Shown: piece by piece, positions 15,636 through 24,917 of the stretch
Numbering within the stretch: position 1 is the stretch's first letter
How the letters are laid out: each line of letters starts with the position of its first letter
DNA from: an uncultured Planctomycetia bacterium
GTDB taxonomy: Bacteria > Omnitrophota > Gorgyraeia > 2-02-FULL-51-18
Assembly: GCA_964642015.1 (NCBI GenBank)
Contig: CAZXLF010000009.1
Coordinates: 1,435-45,763, forward strand
DNA: 44,329 nucleotides
Reading direction: 5' to 3'
Program-made: the position numbers and the translations under genes
The notes under the pieces: model-generated
What the model was told of the DNA's origin: nothing
The model's input: the letters and a program-made list of their open reading frames with translations, nothing else
Databases searched by the model: none

Positions 15636-16542
15636 GAAAATCCTCCAAACCGCTCAAAGAGATCGTTTCGACGGCAGGATCTATTTTTTTCAAAAGACCT
15701 TTCAAGACCTTTCCCGGAGAAAATTCGATAAAAGTCTGTATCCCTTTCCCTATAATAAAACGCATTGAATCTTCCCATAGCGTTCGATGATTCATTTGTA
15801 AAACCAGGTTATGCTTTATAGTTTCGGGCGTATCTTCAATATTGGCGGTAAGATTGCTTACAACCGGAATCCGAGGCCTCTGGATCATGGCGTTTTTGAG
15901 CGCTTGCTCAATTCGGCGGCATGCCGGGTCCATGCAGCTTGAGTGAAACCCACCACTCACATCCAGAGGAATGACTTTGCGTGCGCCCATTTGACGCAGT
16001 TTCTCAATGGCATCCTCGACATTTTTCTTTTTGCCCGATATCACAATCTGGCCAGGAGCATTCAGATTTCCAACTTCGGCTCCGGTCGCTTTACAGGCTT
16101 CCTCAACCGCAGAAAGTTCCATACCAAGAACGGCTGCCATAAGACCGGGACACTCCATCGCGGCCTCGTCCATATACTGACCGCGAGCCCTCACAAAACG
16201 AAGTCCGTCATCAAAAGAGATCGCTCCGGCAGCACAAAGCGCAGTAGCCTCCCCTAGGCTCAGTCCAGCGGCAAATCTTGGAGCGAAAGTTTTGAATTTT
16301 GGGTGATCTTTTAGAGCTTCGAGCGCGGCCATGCTTGTAACAAAAATAGCGGGCTGACTAAAACGTGTCTGTGTCAGTTTTTCCGGAGGACCCTCAAAAC
16401 AAACAGAGCGGACATCAAAATCAACGATCTCGGCGGCCCGATCAAAGATCGCTTTGGCTGAAGGATAAGTATCATAAAGATCTTTTCCCATCCCGGTGAA
16501 TTGAGATCCCTGGCCCGGAAAAAGATAGGCGACGTCTACCAT
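15622..16542 (-). CDS. fabD: Malonyl-CoA:ACP transacylase
   Basis: FPGQGSQ, GLSLGE, VSGGFHS; start taken as ATG 16542 overlapping the fabH stop (track uses 16563). Confidence 0.95.
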   Translation of the reverse strand: MVDVAYLFPGQGSQFTGMGKDLYDTYPSAKAIFDRAAEIVDFDVRSVCFEGPPEKLTQTRFSQPAIFVTSMAALEALKDHPKFKTFAPRFAAGLSLGEATALCAAGAISFDDGLRFVRARGQYMDEAAMECPGLMAAVLGMELSAVEEACKATGAEVGNLNAPGQIVISGKKKNVEDAIEKLRQMGARKVIPLDVSGGFHSSCMDPACRRIEQALKNAMIQRPRIPVVSNLTANIEDTPETIKHNLVLQMNHRTLWEDSMRFIIGKGIQTFIEFSPGKVLKGLLKKIDPAVETISLSGLEDFHAID

Positions 16543-17519
16543 TCCATCACCACTGCGCCCCATACCAGACCGCTGCCGAATGTCGCAAAAACGACCTTAT
16601 CCTTTTTTTTGATCTTCTTTTCTTGTAATGCCTCACAAAGAGCTATCACACATGAAGCCGCGGATGTATTGCCGTATTTTTGTAAATTGACAAAAACTTT
16701 TTCTTTCGGGACTCCTAGTCTTTCTCCGACAGCATCGATGATCCTTTGATTGGCCTGATGGGGAATAAAACAAGTGATCTCTTCTTTCTTAACCTTGGCT
16801 TTGTCGAGCGCCTGATTGACCGCATCCGACATGCCGCGGACAGCCAATTTAAAAACTTCCGAGCCGGTCATCTGAAGGTAATGGCCTTTATTTTTGACGC
16901 TTTCGGTCGACGCGGGTATTTTGGATCCACCCGCGCAAATTTTTAAAAGATCCGCATGGCGACCATCAGAGCCTAGCACACTCGATAATATTCCCCCAGA
17001 GGGCACTTCCTTTACAACAACGGCTCCAGCTCCATCCCCGAATAACACACAGGTCGAACGGTCTGTCCAATCCACATAAGGCGAAATAAGGTCCGCGCCG
17101 ATCACAAGGATCGTTTTATACATACCGCTCTTGATGAATTGATCCGCCGTGACCAGCGCATACACAAAACCGGCACAAGCTGCCGCCAAATCAAAAGCAG
17201 CTGCGTTCACGGCTCCAATTCTTTGCTGTATAAAACACGCGCACGACGGAAGAGGCATATCACCGGTCGTTGTCGCGGCAATGATCAGATCTATCTCTTC
17301 TGGTTTAACTTTCGCATCTTTCAGCGCAATCAGCGCAGCTTTAGAAGAAAGTTCGCTTGTGCCGACGCCTTTTTCAGCGATGCGCCTTTCGGAAATGCCT
17401 GTACGCGTCCGTATCCACTCGTCGGAAGTGTCGACCATTTTTTCAAGATCACGATTGGTCAGAACCTTTTCAGGCACATAAAATCCGGTGCCCACGATCC
17501 CAGCTCTTTTATTTTGCAT
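16536..17519 (-). CDS. fabH: Beta-ketoacyl-ACP synthase III
   Basis: AAACAGF, LFGDGAGA, PHQAN, YGNTSAAS. Confidence 0.97.
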   Translation of the reverse strand: MQNKRAGIVGTGFYVPEKVLTNRDLEKMVDTSDEWIRTRTGISERRIAEKGVGTSELSSKAALIALKDAKVKPEEIDLIIAATTTGDMPLPSCACFIQQRIGAVNAAAFDLAAACAGFVYALVTADQFIKSGMYKTILVIGADLISPYVDWTDRSTCVLFGDGAGAVVVKEVPSGGILSSVLGSDGRHADLLKICAGGSKIPASTESVKNKGHYLQMTGSEVFKLAVRGMSDAVNQALDKAKVKKEEITCFIPHQANQRIIDAVGERLGVPKEKVFVNLQKYGNTSAASCVIALCEALQEKKIKKKDKVVFATFGSGLVWGAVVMEW

Positions 17520-17545
17520 AATATCTCAATTAGTTAATAGTACAC

Positions 17546-17580
17546 GGTTAGCGGTTTGCGCGAAACGCCAACCGCTCACC
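17546..17580. repeat. Intergenic imperfect hairpin between plsX and fabH
   Basis: GGTTAGCGGTT...AACCGCTCACC inverted repeat; similar to the element at 34986-35022. Confidence 0.5.
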
Positions 17581-17584
17581 AGCC

Positions 17585-18583
17585 TCATTCCTTGCTATTT
17601 TGCACCGCTTCCAAAATATGTTGATTGATTTCGTATTTTACGAATTCCGCAGCTCGCCGTATCGCATTTTTAATAGCACGCGAATTCGAAGAACCGTGAC
17701 TGATAATACATTGCCCGTCTACACCCAAAAGAGGAGCGCCGCCGTATTCAGAATAATCGATCTCTTTCTTCAAAGCGTTGAACGCCGGTTTTGCCAGCAA
17801 AGCGCCAAACATCGTCAAGGGACTTTTTTTAAGCTCGGCTTTCAGAAGTTTACTGATCACATCAGCGATAGATTCAGAGACTTTCAAAACCACATTACCG
17901 ACAAAACCGTCGCAGACTACGATATCGACCTTGCCGTTAAAAATATCTCGCCCTTCGACGTTGCCGATAAAATGAAGGCGGCTTTTGTTCAAAAGCTGGT
18001 GAGCTTCCTTTATATATTCAGTGCCCTTAGTTTCTTCTTCCCCGATATTTAAAATGCCGACTGACGGCCTGTTCTTCCTTAATATATAGCGGTAGTACAC
18101 ATCACCCATCACGGCGTATTGGTAAAGATGGATAGGTTTGGTATCAATATTGGCACCGACGTCAATGAGGAGCGTGGGACTATCTCCCAGATTCGGCAAT
18201 GTGATCCCAATACCGGGTCTTTCGATACCTTCTAAAAGACGCAGTTTTAAAGTAGCCGCGACAACAGCCGCGCCGGTATGACCCGCTGAAACGATCGCAT
18301 CCACGATGCCTTCCTTGGCCAGGTCCGCGCAGATCGCAACGGAAGAATCTTTCTTCTTGCGTATCGAGATCGCGGCTGATTCATCCATACGGACAAAACT
18401 CCCGGCATGGTGGATCGTAATGCTCTTGGGCACATCTTTGTGTTTTTCCAATTCCGAACGCAAAAGATTCTGGTCGCCGACCAGAACGATGCGATAATCA
18501 TATTCGCGCGCGGCCAGTATCGAGCCCTCGACTACCGCCTGAGGAGCCATATCACCCCCCATTCCGTCTACGGCGATCCTCAT
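17585..18583 (-). CDS. plsX: Phosphate acyltransferase PlsX
   Basis: IAVDGMGGDMAP, SAGHTGA, DVGAN, NIGEEETKG, CDGFVGN, SHGSS. Confidence 0.97.
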   Translation of the reverse strand: MRIAVDGMGGDMAPQAVVEGSILAAREYDYRIVLVGDQNLLRSELEKHKDVPKSITIHHAGSFVRMDESAAISIRKKKDSSVAICADLAKEGIVDAIVSAGHTGAAVVAATLKLRLLEGIERPGIGITLPNLGDSPTLLIDVGANIDTKPIHLYQYAVMGDVYYRYILRKNRPSVGILNIGEEETKGTEYIKEAHQLLNKSRLHFIGNVEGRDIFNGKVDIVVCDGFVGNVVLKVSESIADVISKLLKAELKKSPLTMFGALLAKPAFNALKKEIDYSEYGGAPLLGVDGQCIISHGSSNSRAIKNAIRRAAEFVKYEINQHILEAVQNSKE

Positions 18584-18617
18584 CGAACAATTACTCTATG
18601 GACCCGGCAAAAAAGGA

Positions 18618-18836
18618 TCACGCCTTCTTTTTCTTTTCCTTGGTTTTGATCTGCAGGACAGGACGTCCTTTATAATAACCGCACTTGGGACACACGCGGT
18701 GAGAGGCGTGCGGAACACAGTTGTCGGCACCCAACGGACAGTTAGGGTCCGTGGATGACTGAAGCGTGCGCATCCGGTCGTGCGTGCGGCGCTTGCGGGT
18801 TCGGGTATTGGAATGTCGGCGTTTTGGGTTAGGCAT
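18618..18836 (-). CDS. rpmF: 50S ribosomal protein L32
   Basis: MPNPKRRHSNTRTRKRR ... HRVCPKCGYYKG; conserved position between yceD and plsX. Confidence 0.93.
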   Translation of the reverse strand: MPNPKRRHSNTRTRKRRTHDRMRTLQSSTDPNCPLGADNCVPHASHRVCPKCGYYKGRPVLQIKTKEKKKKA

Positions 18837-18894
18837 AAATTTCCTTTATTGATCTCATGTTATTATCTTGCTTGGCTGTGATTGGAATAAATAT

Positions 18895-19311
18895 TCATTC
18901 ATTCCCTTTGCAATCACAGGTTTCTTCATTCAAATTCGCGCCACAGAACGGACATAGCCCGCGGCACTGCGGACGGCAGAGGATCCGGATCGGGTGCTCT
19001 AAAATGATCTCATCCCTGACATCCTGATCGATAGTCACCGAATCCCGGCCCTTGATATCATAATGAAGCGTAAAGTCTTTTTCAAATAGATTATTAAACT
19101 CTTCCAGGCAAAGCGAGCAGGTAAAACTGCGCTCCCCTTCAATATGAGCATCCACAGTGAGATCGTTTTCTGACTTCCAGGCTTCTACTTTGAGCCGTAA
19201 AGGGTCCGGAAAATGCATGATGCCGATATCAAGGTCCAGATCCTCAGGATTGATCTCTTCCTCAAGAACAAGGTTCTTTGTCTTCTTGAAATTGCTTAAT
19301 ACGATCTTCAT
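18895..19311 (-). CDS. yceD: YceD/DUF177 family protein
   Basis: CSLCLE and LCRPQCRGLCPFCGANLN motifs; upstream of rpmF. Confidence 0.9.
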   Translation of the reverse strand: MKIVLSNFKKTKNLVLEEEINPEDLDLDIGIMHFPDPLRLKVEAWKSENDLTVDAHIEGERSFTCSLCLEEFNNLFEKDFTLHYDIKGRDSVTIDQDVRDEIILEHPIRILCRPQCRGLCPFCGANLNEETCDCKGNE

Positions 19312-19805
19312 GTTGCAAATTTTTTCTTCACGGCCTTTACGACAAAATCAGGTGCGAACGCGCTGATGTCCCCGTGAAGCGAGGCCACCTCTTTGATCAG
19401 CCGGCTTGAAAGATAGGCATACGACTCGTGAGGCATCAGAAATATCGTTTCCACGTCTTTGGCCAGCTTACGATTTGTCAGGGCCATTTGAAATTCATAT
19501 TCAAAATCAGAAAGCATACGGATCCCGCGGATCATCGCATCGGCATTCTTTCGGCGCGCGTAATCAACGACGAGACCGCTAAAACTTTCCACCGAGACAC
19601 CGCGGATATTTTTCGTCGCCTGCCTCAAGAGATCCAAACGCTGGCTGATCGAAAAAAGCGATCTCTTTTCCGAATTCTGCTCCGCGACCGCAACGATCAC
19701 CCGATCAAAGATCACGAGCGCTCTGCGGATCACATCGATATGACCGTAAGTGACTGGATCGAAAGTTCCCGGGAAGACCCCGATGGTATTTTTTTGCTTT
19801 TCCAT
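19308..19805 (-). CDS. coaD: Phosphopantetheine adenylyltransferase
   Basis: FPGTFDPVTYGH, RGIR, DFEYE, SSRLIKE; ATG 19805 (alternative TTG 19823). Confidence 0.96.
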   Translation of the reverse strand: MEKQKNTIGVFPGTFDPVTYGHIDVIRRALVIFDRVIVAVAEQNSEKRSLFSISQRLDLLRQATKNIRGVSVESFSGLVVDYARRKNADAMIRGIRMLSDFEYEFQMALTNRKLAKDVETIFLMPHESYAYLSSRLIKEVASLHGDISAFAPDFVVKAVKKKFAT

Positions 19806-19891
19806 AACGTCAAAAAAATTCAAGTGTGTTCAATTTGCATTATAGTGAAACCATTTGGCAGTATCAAGCGATATGTTATACTTTTGAAATC

Positions 19892-22459
19892 ATGAAAGCG
19901 CGACACCGAGCCCCATTTTTTTGGACGCTGATCCTTGGGCTTTTAGGATCGGTGCTTATCGCTTATCTCCATTTTGGTCTTTTTCCCGGAAGGCTGAAAT
20001 TTACTGCGGTCAGAACGATCGATGAACTCACTCAGACAAAAGTCGATTTCGATAAAGTTCTGGTCCTTCCTGTTGAAGGCCTGAGTCTCCATAATCTGAC
20101 GGTCAGAGATAAATCTGATCATTTGCTTTTTTCGGCAAAAAAACTCGCGGTCAACATCCGATTGATCCCATTCCTAAAAGAAAAAAAGATCATCGTCACC
20201 AATGTTTTTCTGGAAAATCCTGTTTACGACGCGGTGCTTCGTCCTAAAAAGATCGTTGTTTCAAAACCTCCGCCGATGACGCAGATCTCAGGACAGATCC
20301 CTATACCGGTAGCGACCGATGAAAAGAAGATCGACTTTGAATCGATAGAAGAAGGTCCCGATTTTTTTCTTCCTGAAAATGTGTATCTTGAACAGATCGA
20401 GATCGTCAATGGATTTGTTTCCATAAGGAACAGGCCTGAGGATCCCGTTACCGAAGAAGTGCGTTCTATCAATGTGCGTCTCACCTTTCAACGTCCTCCG
20501 GAATTGGCGTTCGATGGATTTGTCAGGCTGGGCCACGACCCTTACGCGCAGATCGGGCTAAAAGGTTCCTGGAATCTTAAAACCGGCATTTACGCATTCT
20601 ATCTTCAAACGCGCAGCACCAAGATCCCCGACTGGCTTCTTGAATATCAAAAAGACCATTTTCTTATTCTAAAAAAAGGCCGCTTTATGTTGGAGACGCG
20701 CTTGAGTAGCATCGGAGATGGGAAAGCGTTTTTTAAATCGCACGCACAAATTTATGATTCTGAGATCCATCTGCGAAGCACCGAATATTCCGGCCGCATG
20801 AACATCGACACCAAAGGACTCTTCAATACTGATACAAAAACCTTTGAGAGATACAAAGGTGGCCTCGAATTTGTGGACGTGAATGTAAAAAATCTTTCCG
20901 AGAAGATCCGTGAATTGAAAGATCTGAAAGGCAAGATCGCTTTCCAGTCGGATCTTCTGACCATGAACGGCGTCGCAGGACGCTACCGCAATCTCGCCTT
21001 TAGAGCTTACGGAACCCTTGCTTCATTCAAAGATCTAAAACTCAATGCAATGATCCATACCGATTCCAAGATCAGCGAAGTGCTGGCGCTTTTGTCGGAT
21101 GAACAGAAAAAAATGATCGGAAATCTCAAACTGCAGGGCGATTGCAAAGCGATCACCACGGTACGCGGCACTTTACGGAACTCCAAAGCTTTGGAAATCG
21201 ATTATAGGATAGTCGTAAACAACGGTTCGGTCTCAAGTCCCGATAAAAAAGTAAATATATCCGATATTAGCGCACAGATCTCCGTCAACGAGTCAGGTTA
21301 TCGCATCAATAACGCGAGATTCATGCTCGCAGACAAACCTTACTTTCTGAACGCCTCTATTCCCAAAGCCTCTCAGGAGCTTCGCACATGCGATTTGAGA
21401 TCAAAGGATTTTGATCTGCATGCTGTATACAGTTTGGATAACAACACGTTCCTGATAAAAGAGGCGGTTGCCCATTCTTTTGGCGCAAGTTCCACTTTTT
21501 ACGGAAGAATGTCAAATTTGAATGATCCGTATTTGGATGTGCAGGGAAACACGGAGATCATCCTTGACCGCGCTAAAACATTATTATCTTCTTATGCGCC
21601 TGCGCTGAAAAGTATGGATCTTCAAGGTGCTCTGATCGGTCCGTTTTCGTTGAAAGGATTGTGGAATAAACCTTTAAATTGGGATCTAAGCGCGGATCTA
21701 ACCAGTGATTCGGTGATAATTAATAAAAATATCCGCTTGGAAAAACTTGAGACGCATCTGAGAATGAAAGACAGGATCATCAACATACCCTATTTCCATG
21801 CTTATCCTTATCACGGGACCCTTGGAATGAATTTATGGATGGACCCTTCGAGAGCTAAGATACCTTTTGAAGGAAAGATCTTTGGAAATAAGATCGATCT
21901 GAACGCGCTCGCGAAAGATCTGCCAATGAAAGAAAAAGACTTCTCAGGCATTGCCGCATTTCAAGTGAACTTAAAAGGTGGCTTAGGGGATCCCGATAGT
22001 TATCTTGGGGATGGCTCCTTGAATATTCATGACGGAAAGCTCTGGAGAACAGATCTATTCAAGGCGATGGGAAAACTTCCATTTTTAACCGTGGAAGGGT
22101 TGGATGATGTCACGTTCCATGACCTCACCGGAACATTCAACATTCATGACAGAAGGCTCTGGACAGAGGACTTGAACCTCATTAGCGACCCTGTAGACCT
22201 CGCGTTGAATGGCTCGATAGGATTTGACCAATCAATCGATATGTTAATGAATATTCGATATTCGAAAAACATTCTTCTTGGGGCAATGGATACCGGCGGG
22301 TTCGCTCCGTTTATCGTGAACCAAGCAGGTGATTTTATTTCCAAATACCGTATCTCGGGAACTCTAAAACAACCCAAATATGATAAAACGGAGATTCTGC
22401 CTATCAGCCGAGTGATCGGAAAAAAGATCACGAGCCTTTTGGGCGGCTCGCCTCAGTGA
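19892..22459 (+). CDS. AsmA-like (DUF748/AsmA C-terminal) membrane-anchored protein
   Basis: N-terminal TM helix, long beta-rich body, C-terminal YRISGTLKQPK; start ATG 19892 after a -10 box (track extends to 19826). Confidence 0.75.
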   Translation: MKARHRAPFFWTLILGLLGSVLIAYLHFGLFPGRLKFTAVRTIDELTQTKVDFDKVLVLPVEGLSLHNLTVRDKSDHLLFSAKKLAVNIRLIPFLKEKKIIVTNVFLENPVYDAVLRPKKIVVSKPPPMTQISGQIPIPVATDEKKIDFESIEEGPDFFLPENVYLEQIEIVNGFVSIRNRPEDPVTEEVRSINVRLTFQRPPELAFDGFVRLGHDPYAQIGLKGSWNLKTGIYAFYLQTRSTKIPDWLLEYQKDHFLILKKGRFMLETRLSSIGDGKAFFKSHAQIYDSEIHLRSTEYSGRMNIDTKGLFNTDTKTFERYKGGLEFVDVNVKNLSEKIRELKDLKGKIAFQSDLLTMNGVAGRYRNLAFRAYGTLASFKDLKLNAMIHTDSKISEVLALLSDEQKKMIGNLKLQGDCKAITTVRGTLRNSKALEIDYRIVVNNGSVSSPDKKVNISDISAQISVNESGYRINNARFMLADKPYFLNASIPKASQELRTCDLRSKDFDLHAVYSLDNNTFLIKEAVAHSFGASSTFYGRMSNLNDPYLDVQGNTEIILDRAKTLLSSYAPALKSMDLQGALIGPFSLKGLWNKPLNWDLSADLTSDSVIINKNIRLEKLETHLRMKDRIINIPYFHAYPYHGTLGMNLWMDPSRAKIPFEGKIFGNKIDLNALAKDLPMKEKDFSGIAAFQVNLKGGLGDPDSYLGDGSLNIHDGKLWRTDLFKAMGKLPFLTVEGLDDVTFHDLTGTFNIHDRRLWTEDLNLISDPVDLALNGSIGFDQSIDMLMNIRYSKNILLGAMDTGGFAPFIVNQAGDFISKYRISGTLKQPKYDKTEILPISRVIGKKITSLLGGSPQ

Positions 22460-23079
22460 ACTTTTCTTAAATAACCCAAAACTTCTTTCTTGGCGGCGCG
22501 AAGTGCTTTACCTCGATGGCTGATCCTGTTTTTTGTGACGGGAGAAAGCTCGGCAAAAGTTCTTGAAAAGCCATCCGGGATGAACACCGGGTCGTAACCA
22601 AAACCATTCTGTCCTTTCTCGGTATACGCGATCACACCATGGCATTCGCCTTTCACGGTCTTTACAAATTTTCCTCTGTCATAAATTGCCATCACGCAGA
22701 TAAATTTAGCCCCTCGTTTGTTTCGAGGAACATTCTCTAAAAGCTTAAGCAGCTTCACGTTGTTATCATGATACGTGCAATTTTCGCCGGCAAAACGCGC
22801 CGAATAAATACCGGGCCGGCCGTTCAGATAATTCACCATGAGCCCCGAATCATCGGCCAGCGTCAAAGAATGTGTATGAAGCGAGTAACTTCTCGCTTTT
22901 TTCTTGGCATTTATCTCAAAAGTTTTTCCGTTTTCTTCAACATCTTTGCATTTGGGAAAATCCGCTAGTGACAGAACGCCGACCTTCGTCCCGCTCAAGA
23001 GATGTCTGATTTCCCGCAATTTATCCCTGTTGCCCGTTCCCAAAACTAAATTATGTCTTACAGATTTTCTCTGTATCAA
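22453..23079 (-). CDS. rdgB: dITP/XTP pyrophosphatase (HAM1 family)
   Basis: GTGNRDK, ADDSGL, PGIYSARF, GFGYDPVF, KNRISHRG; probable TTG start 23079. Confidence 0.95.
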   Translation of the reverse strand: MIQRKSVRHNLVLGTGNRDKLREIRHLLSGTKVGVLSLADFPKCKDVEENGKTFEINAKKKARSYSLHTHSLTLADDSGLMVNYLNGRPGIYSARFAGENCTYHDNNVKLLKLLENVPRNKRGAKFICVMAIYDRGKFVKTVKGECHGVIAYTEKGQNGFGYDPVFIPDGFSRTFAELSPVTKNRISHRGKALRAAKKEVLGYLRKVH

Positions 23080-23083
23080 AGAT

Positions 23084-24808
23084 TTAAGAAAGATCAGATG
23101 TGGTCGGCATCGGGACCGCGATGGAAACACAGTTCCTTCCGTCGGCTTTGGCTTGATAAAGCGCAGCGTCCGCGGCACGGAAAAGATTTTCAGGGGTCTG
23201 CCCGTGAAACGGAAAAACAGCAACGCCCAGCGATAGCGAGACTGGGCCCAGCATTTCTCCGTTATATTGAAGCTGGAGATTTTTCATGGACTTTCTGAGC
23301 TGTTCGGCACGCTTTTGCGCGATCTCAAGCGGCGTCTCAGGCATCAGGACCATGAATTCTTCTCCGCCATAACGGCAAGGAATGTCATACTCGCGGAAAT
23401 GTTTGCCGATATGCTGGCCAAATTCCACAAGAAGCTTGTCTCCGGCATCGTGGCCAAATTCATCATTGAATTTTTTGAAGCGGTCAATATCCATCATGAT
23501 AAGGCCGAACGGTTTCTTACAACGAGCGGATCGCCGGAGCTCGCGTTCCAGATAGTCCTGCATATAGCGCCGGTTAAAAAGACCCGTCAAAGGATCATGG
23601 ATCGATTGAAGGTGAAGTTTCTGTCTCAATCTTAAATTAGCAAGCGCCAGGGCCGCCTGCTCGGCAAATGTCTGGATCAAACGTTTTTTGGATTCTGAAA
23701 TTGCTTCGTGCACGATCGTGCCATTGGTTTCTTGAGAAACTATTTCACGCAAATGAAGGAATCCCAACGCCGCGCCTTGGCCCATCATCGGCACACAAAG
23801 ATAGCGGTTGAATGAAATGCCCGACAAGTGGCCGCATACATGGCCTGACGATGCCTCCGCTTCATAGATCCTTCCGCGACGAAGCGCCCAACAATCATCC
23901 GCCTGAAAAACCGCCTCACCCAAAACGGGCCCATTCCATTCAGTTGCGACTTCAACAAGGTTTTTTGTTTCATCGATCAAATAAAGCGCTCCGGGCATTC
24001 CGGGAAAAAGCTTCTGACAAGATTTAGCGATGGCCTGATACGCTTCATCGGCGGCCACGCACGTATGCAAGAGATCCACGGTGTCGCTTAAGACCGTGAA
24101 CTCGCTGTTGCGTTGTTCCAGATCATCGACCCAAACCTGCAGTTTCTTTGAAGCATCTTTGAATTTATCTTCCACTTGCTGTCTTGCATCGATATCGCGA
24201 TATAAAAAAAATAGCGAGACCGCCGTTATGCAAAACGTGATCAGGTTAGCAATCAAAAGAAAATTGATCGTACGGTTCCCTTCTTTTTCGGAACGTTCGG
24301 TCCATGCATCAAGGCGCTGAAGCTCAGCGTCCCGCATCTCCTGCGTCAGACGCTTGATCTTGTCATTCAGTTCCCAGGCCTGACTGGCATCGGCTTTCTG
24401 TATCGAGCGGATGTTCTGACTTTTCTTAAGGTCGATGATCTTCCGGATCAAACTGAAGTGCTGCACGACTAAAGGCTGGAGACGGGAAAAACGCTCTTTC
24501 TGCAACGAATTATCCCGAACAAGCTTAGAAAGGGCGTCCAATTCACGGTTAACTGCCACGGAAGCGTTATTGTAAGGGATCAAAAGCGCGTCGCTACCGG
24601 TCGATACGTAGCCGCGAGTTGCGACGCCGGCATCCGAAACATACTTCATGACCCGGTCTAAACGTGTCAAAATGCGGGAAACGCGTTGAGAAGATTCGGT
24701 GAATTGATAAAGACTAAAAACAGAAAGCAAGCCGACAAGGACAAGGCTAAGAAGCGCGCCCAGTCCCCAAGTCATTTTTCTATCGAACGGCAATTTAAAA
24801 TTCAGCAC
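23084..24808 (-). CDS. Membrane diguanylate cyclase (CHASE3-GAF-GGDEF)
   Basis: Two TM helices flanking a TRGYVSTG CHASE3-like region, CWALRRG GAF, DPLTGLFNRR, RYGGEEF with RxxD I-site (REYD). Confidence 0.9.
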   Translation of the reverse strand: MLNFKLPFDRKMTWGLGALLSLVLVGLLSVFSLYQFTESSQRVSRILTRLDRVMKYVSDAGVATRGYVSTGSDALLIPYNNASVAVNRELDALSKLVRDNSLQKERFSRLQPLVVQHFSLIRKIIDLKKSQNIRSIQKADASQAWELNDKIKRLTQEMRDAELQRLDAWTERSEKEGNRTINFLLIANLITFCITAVSLFFLYRDIDARQQVEDKFKDASKKLQVWVDDLEQRNSEFTVLSDTVDLLHTCVAADEAYQAIAKSCQKLFPGMPGALYLIDETKNLVEVATEWNGPVLGEAVFQADDCWALRRGRIYEAEASSGHVCGHLSGISFNRYLCVPMMGQGAALGFLHLREIVSQETNGTIVHEAISESKKRLIQTFAEQAALALANLRLRQKLHLQSIHDPLTGLFNRRYMQDYLERELRRSARCKKPFGLIMMDIDRFKKFNDEFGHDAGDKLLVEFGQHIGKHFREYDIPCRYGGEEFMVLMPETPLEIAQKRAEQLRKSMKNLQLQYNGEMLGPVSLSLGVAVFPFHGQTPENLFRAADAALYQAKADGRNCVSIAVPMPTTSDLS

Positions 24809-24917
24809 AGATATACTATACCAAATTCTTCCTGCCTTTGAAATGCTTAGCGGGCGCTTTAATGTAATGCTCCATATTCAACTTTTATTTGAACAAATAG
24901 CGCCCAGCACCGATTCG

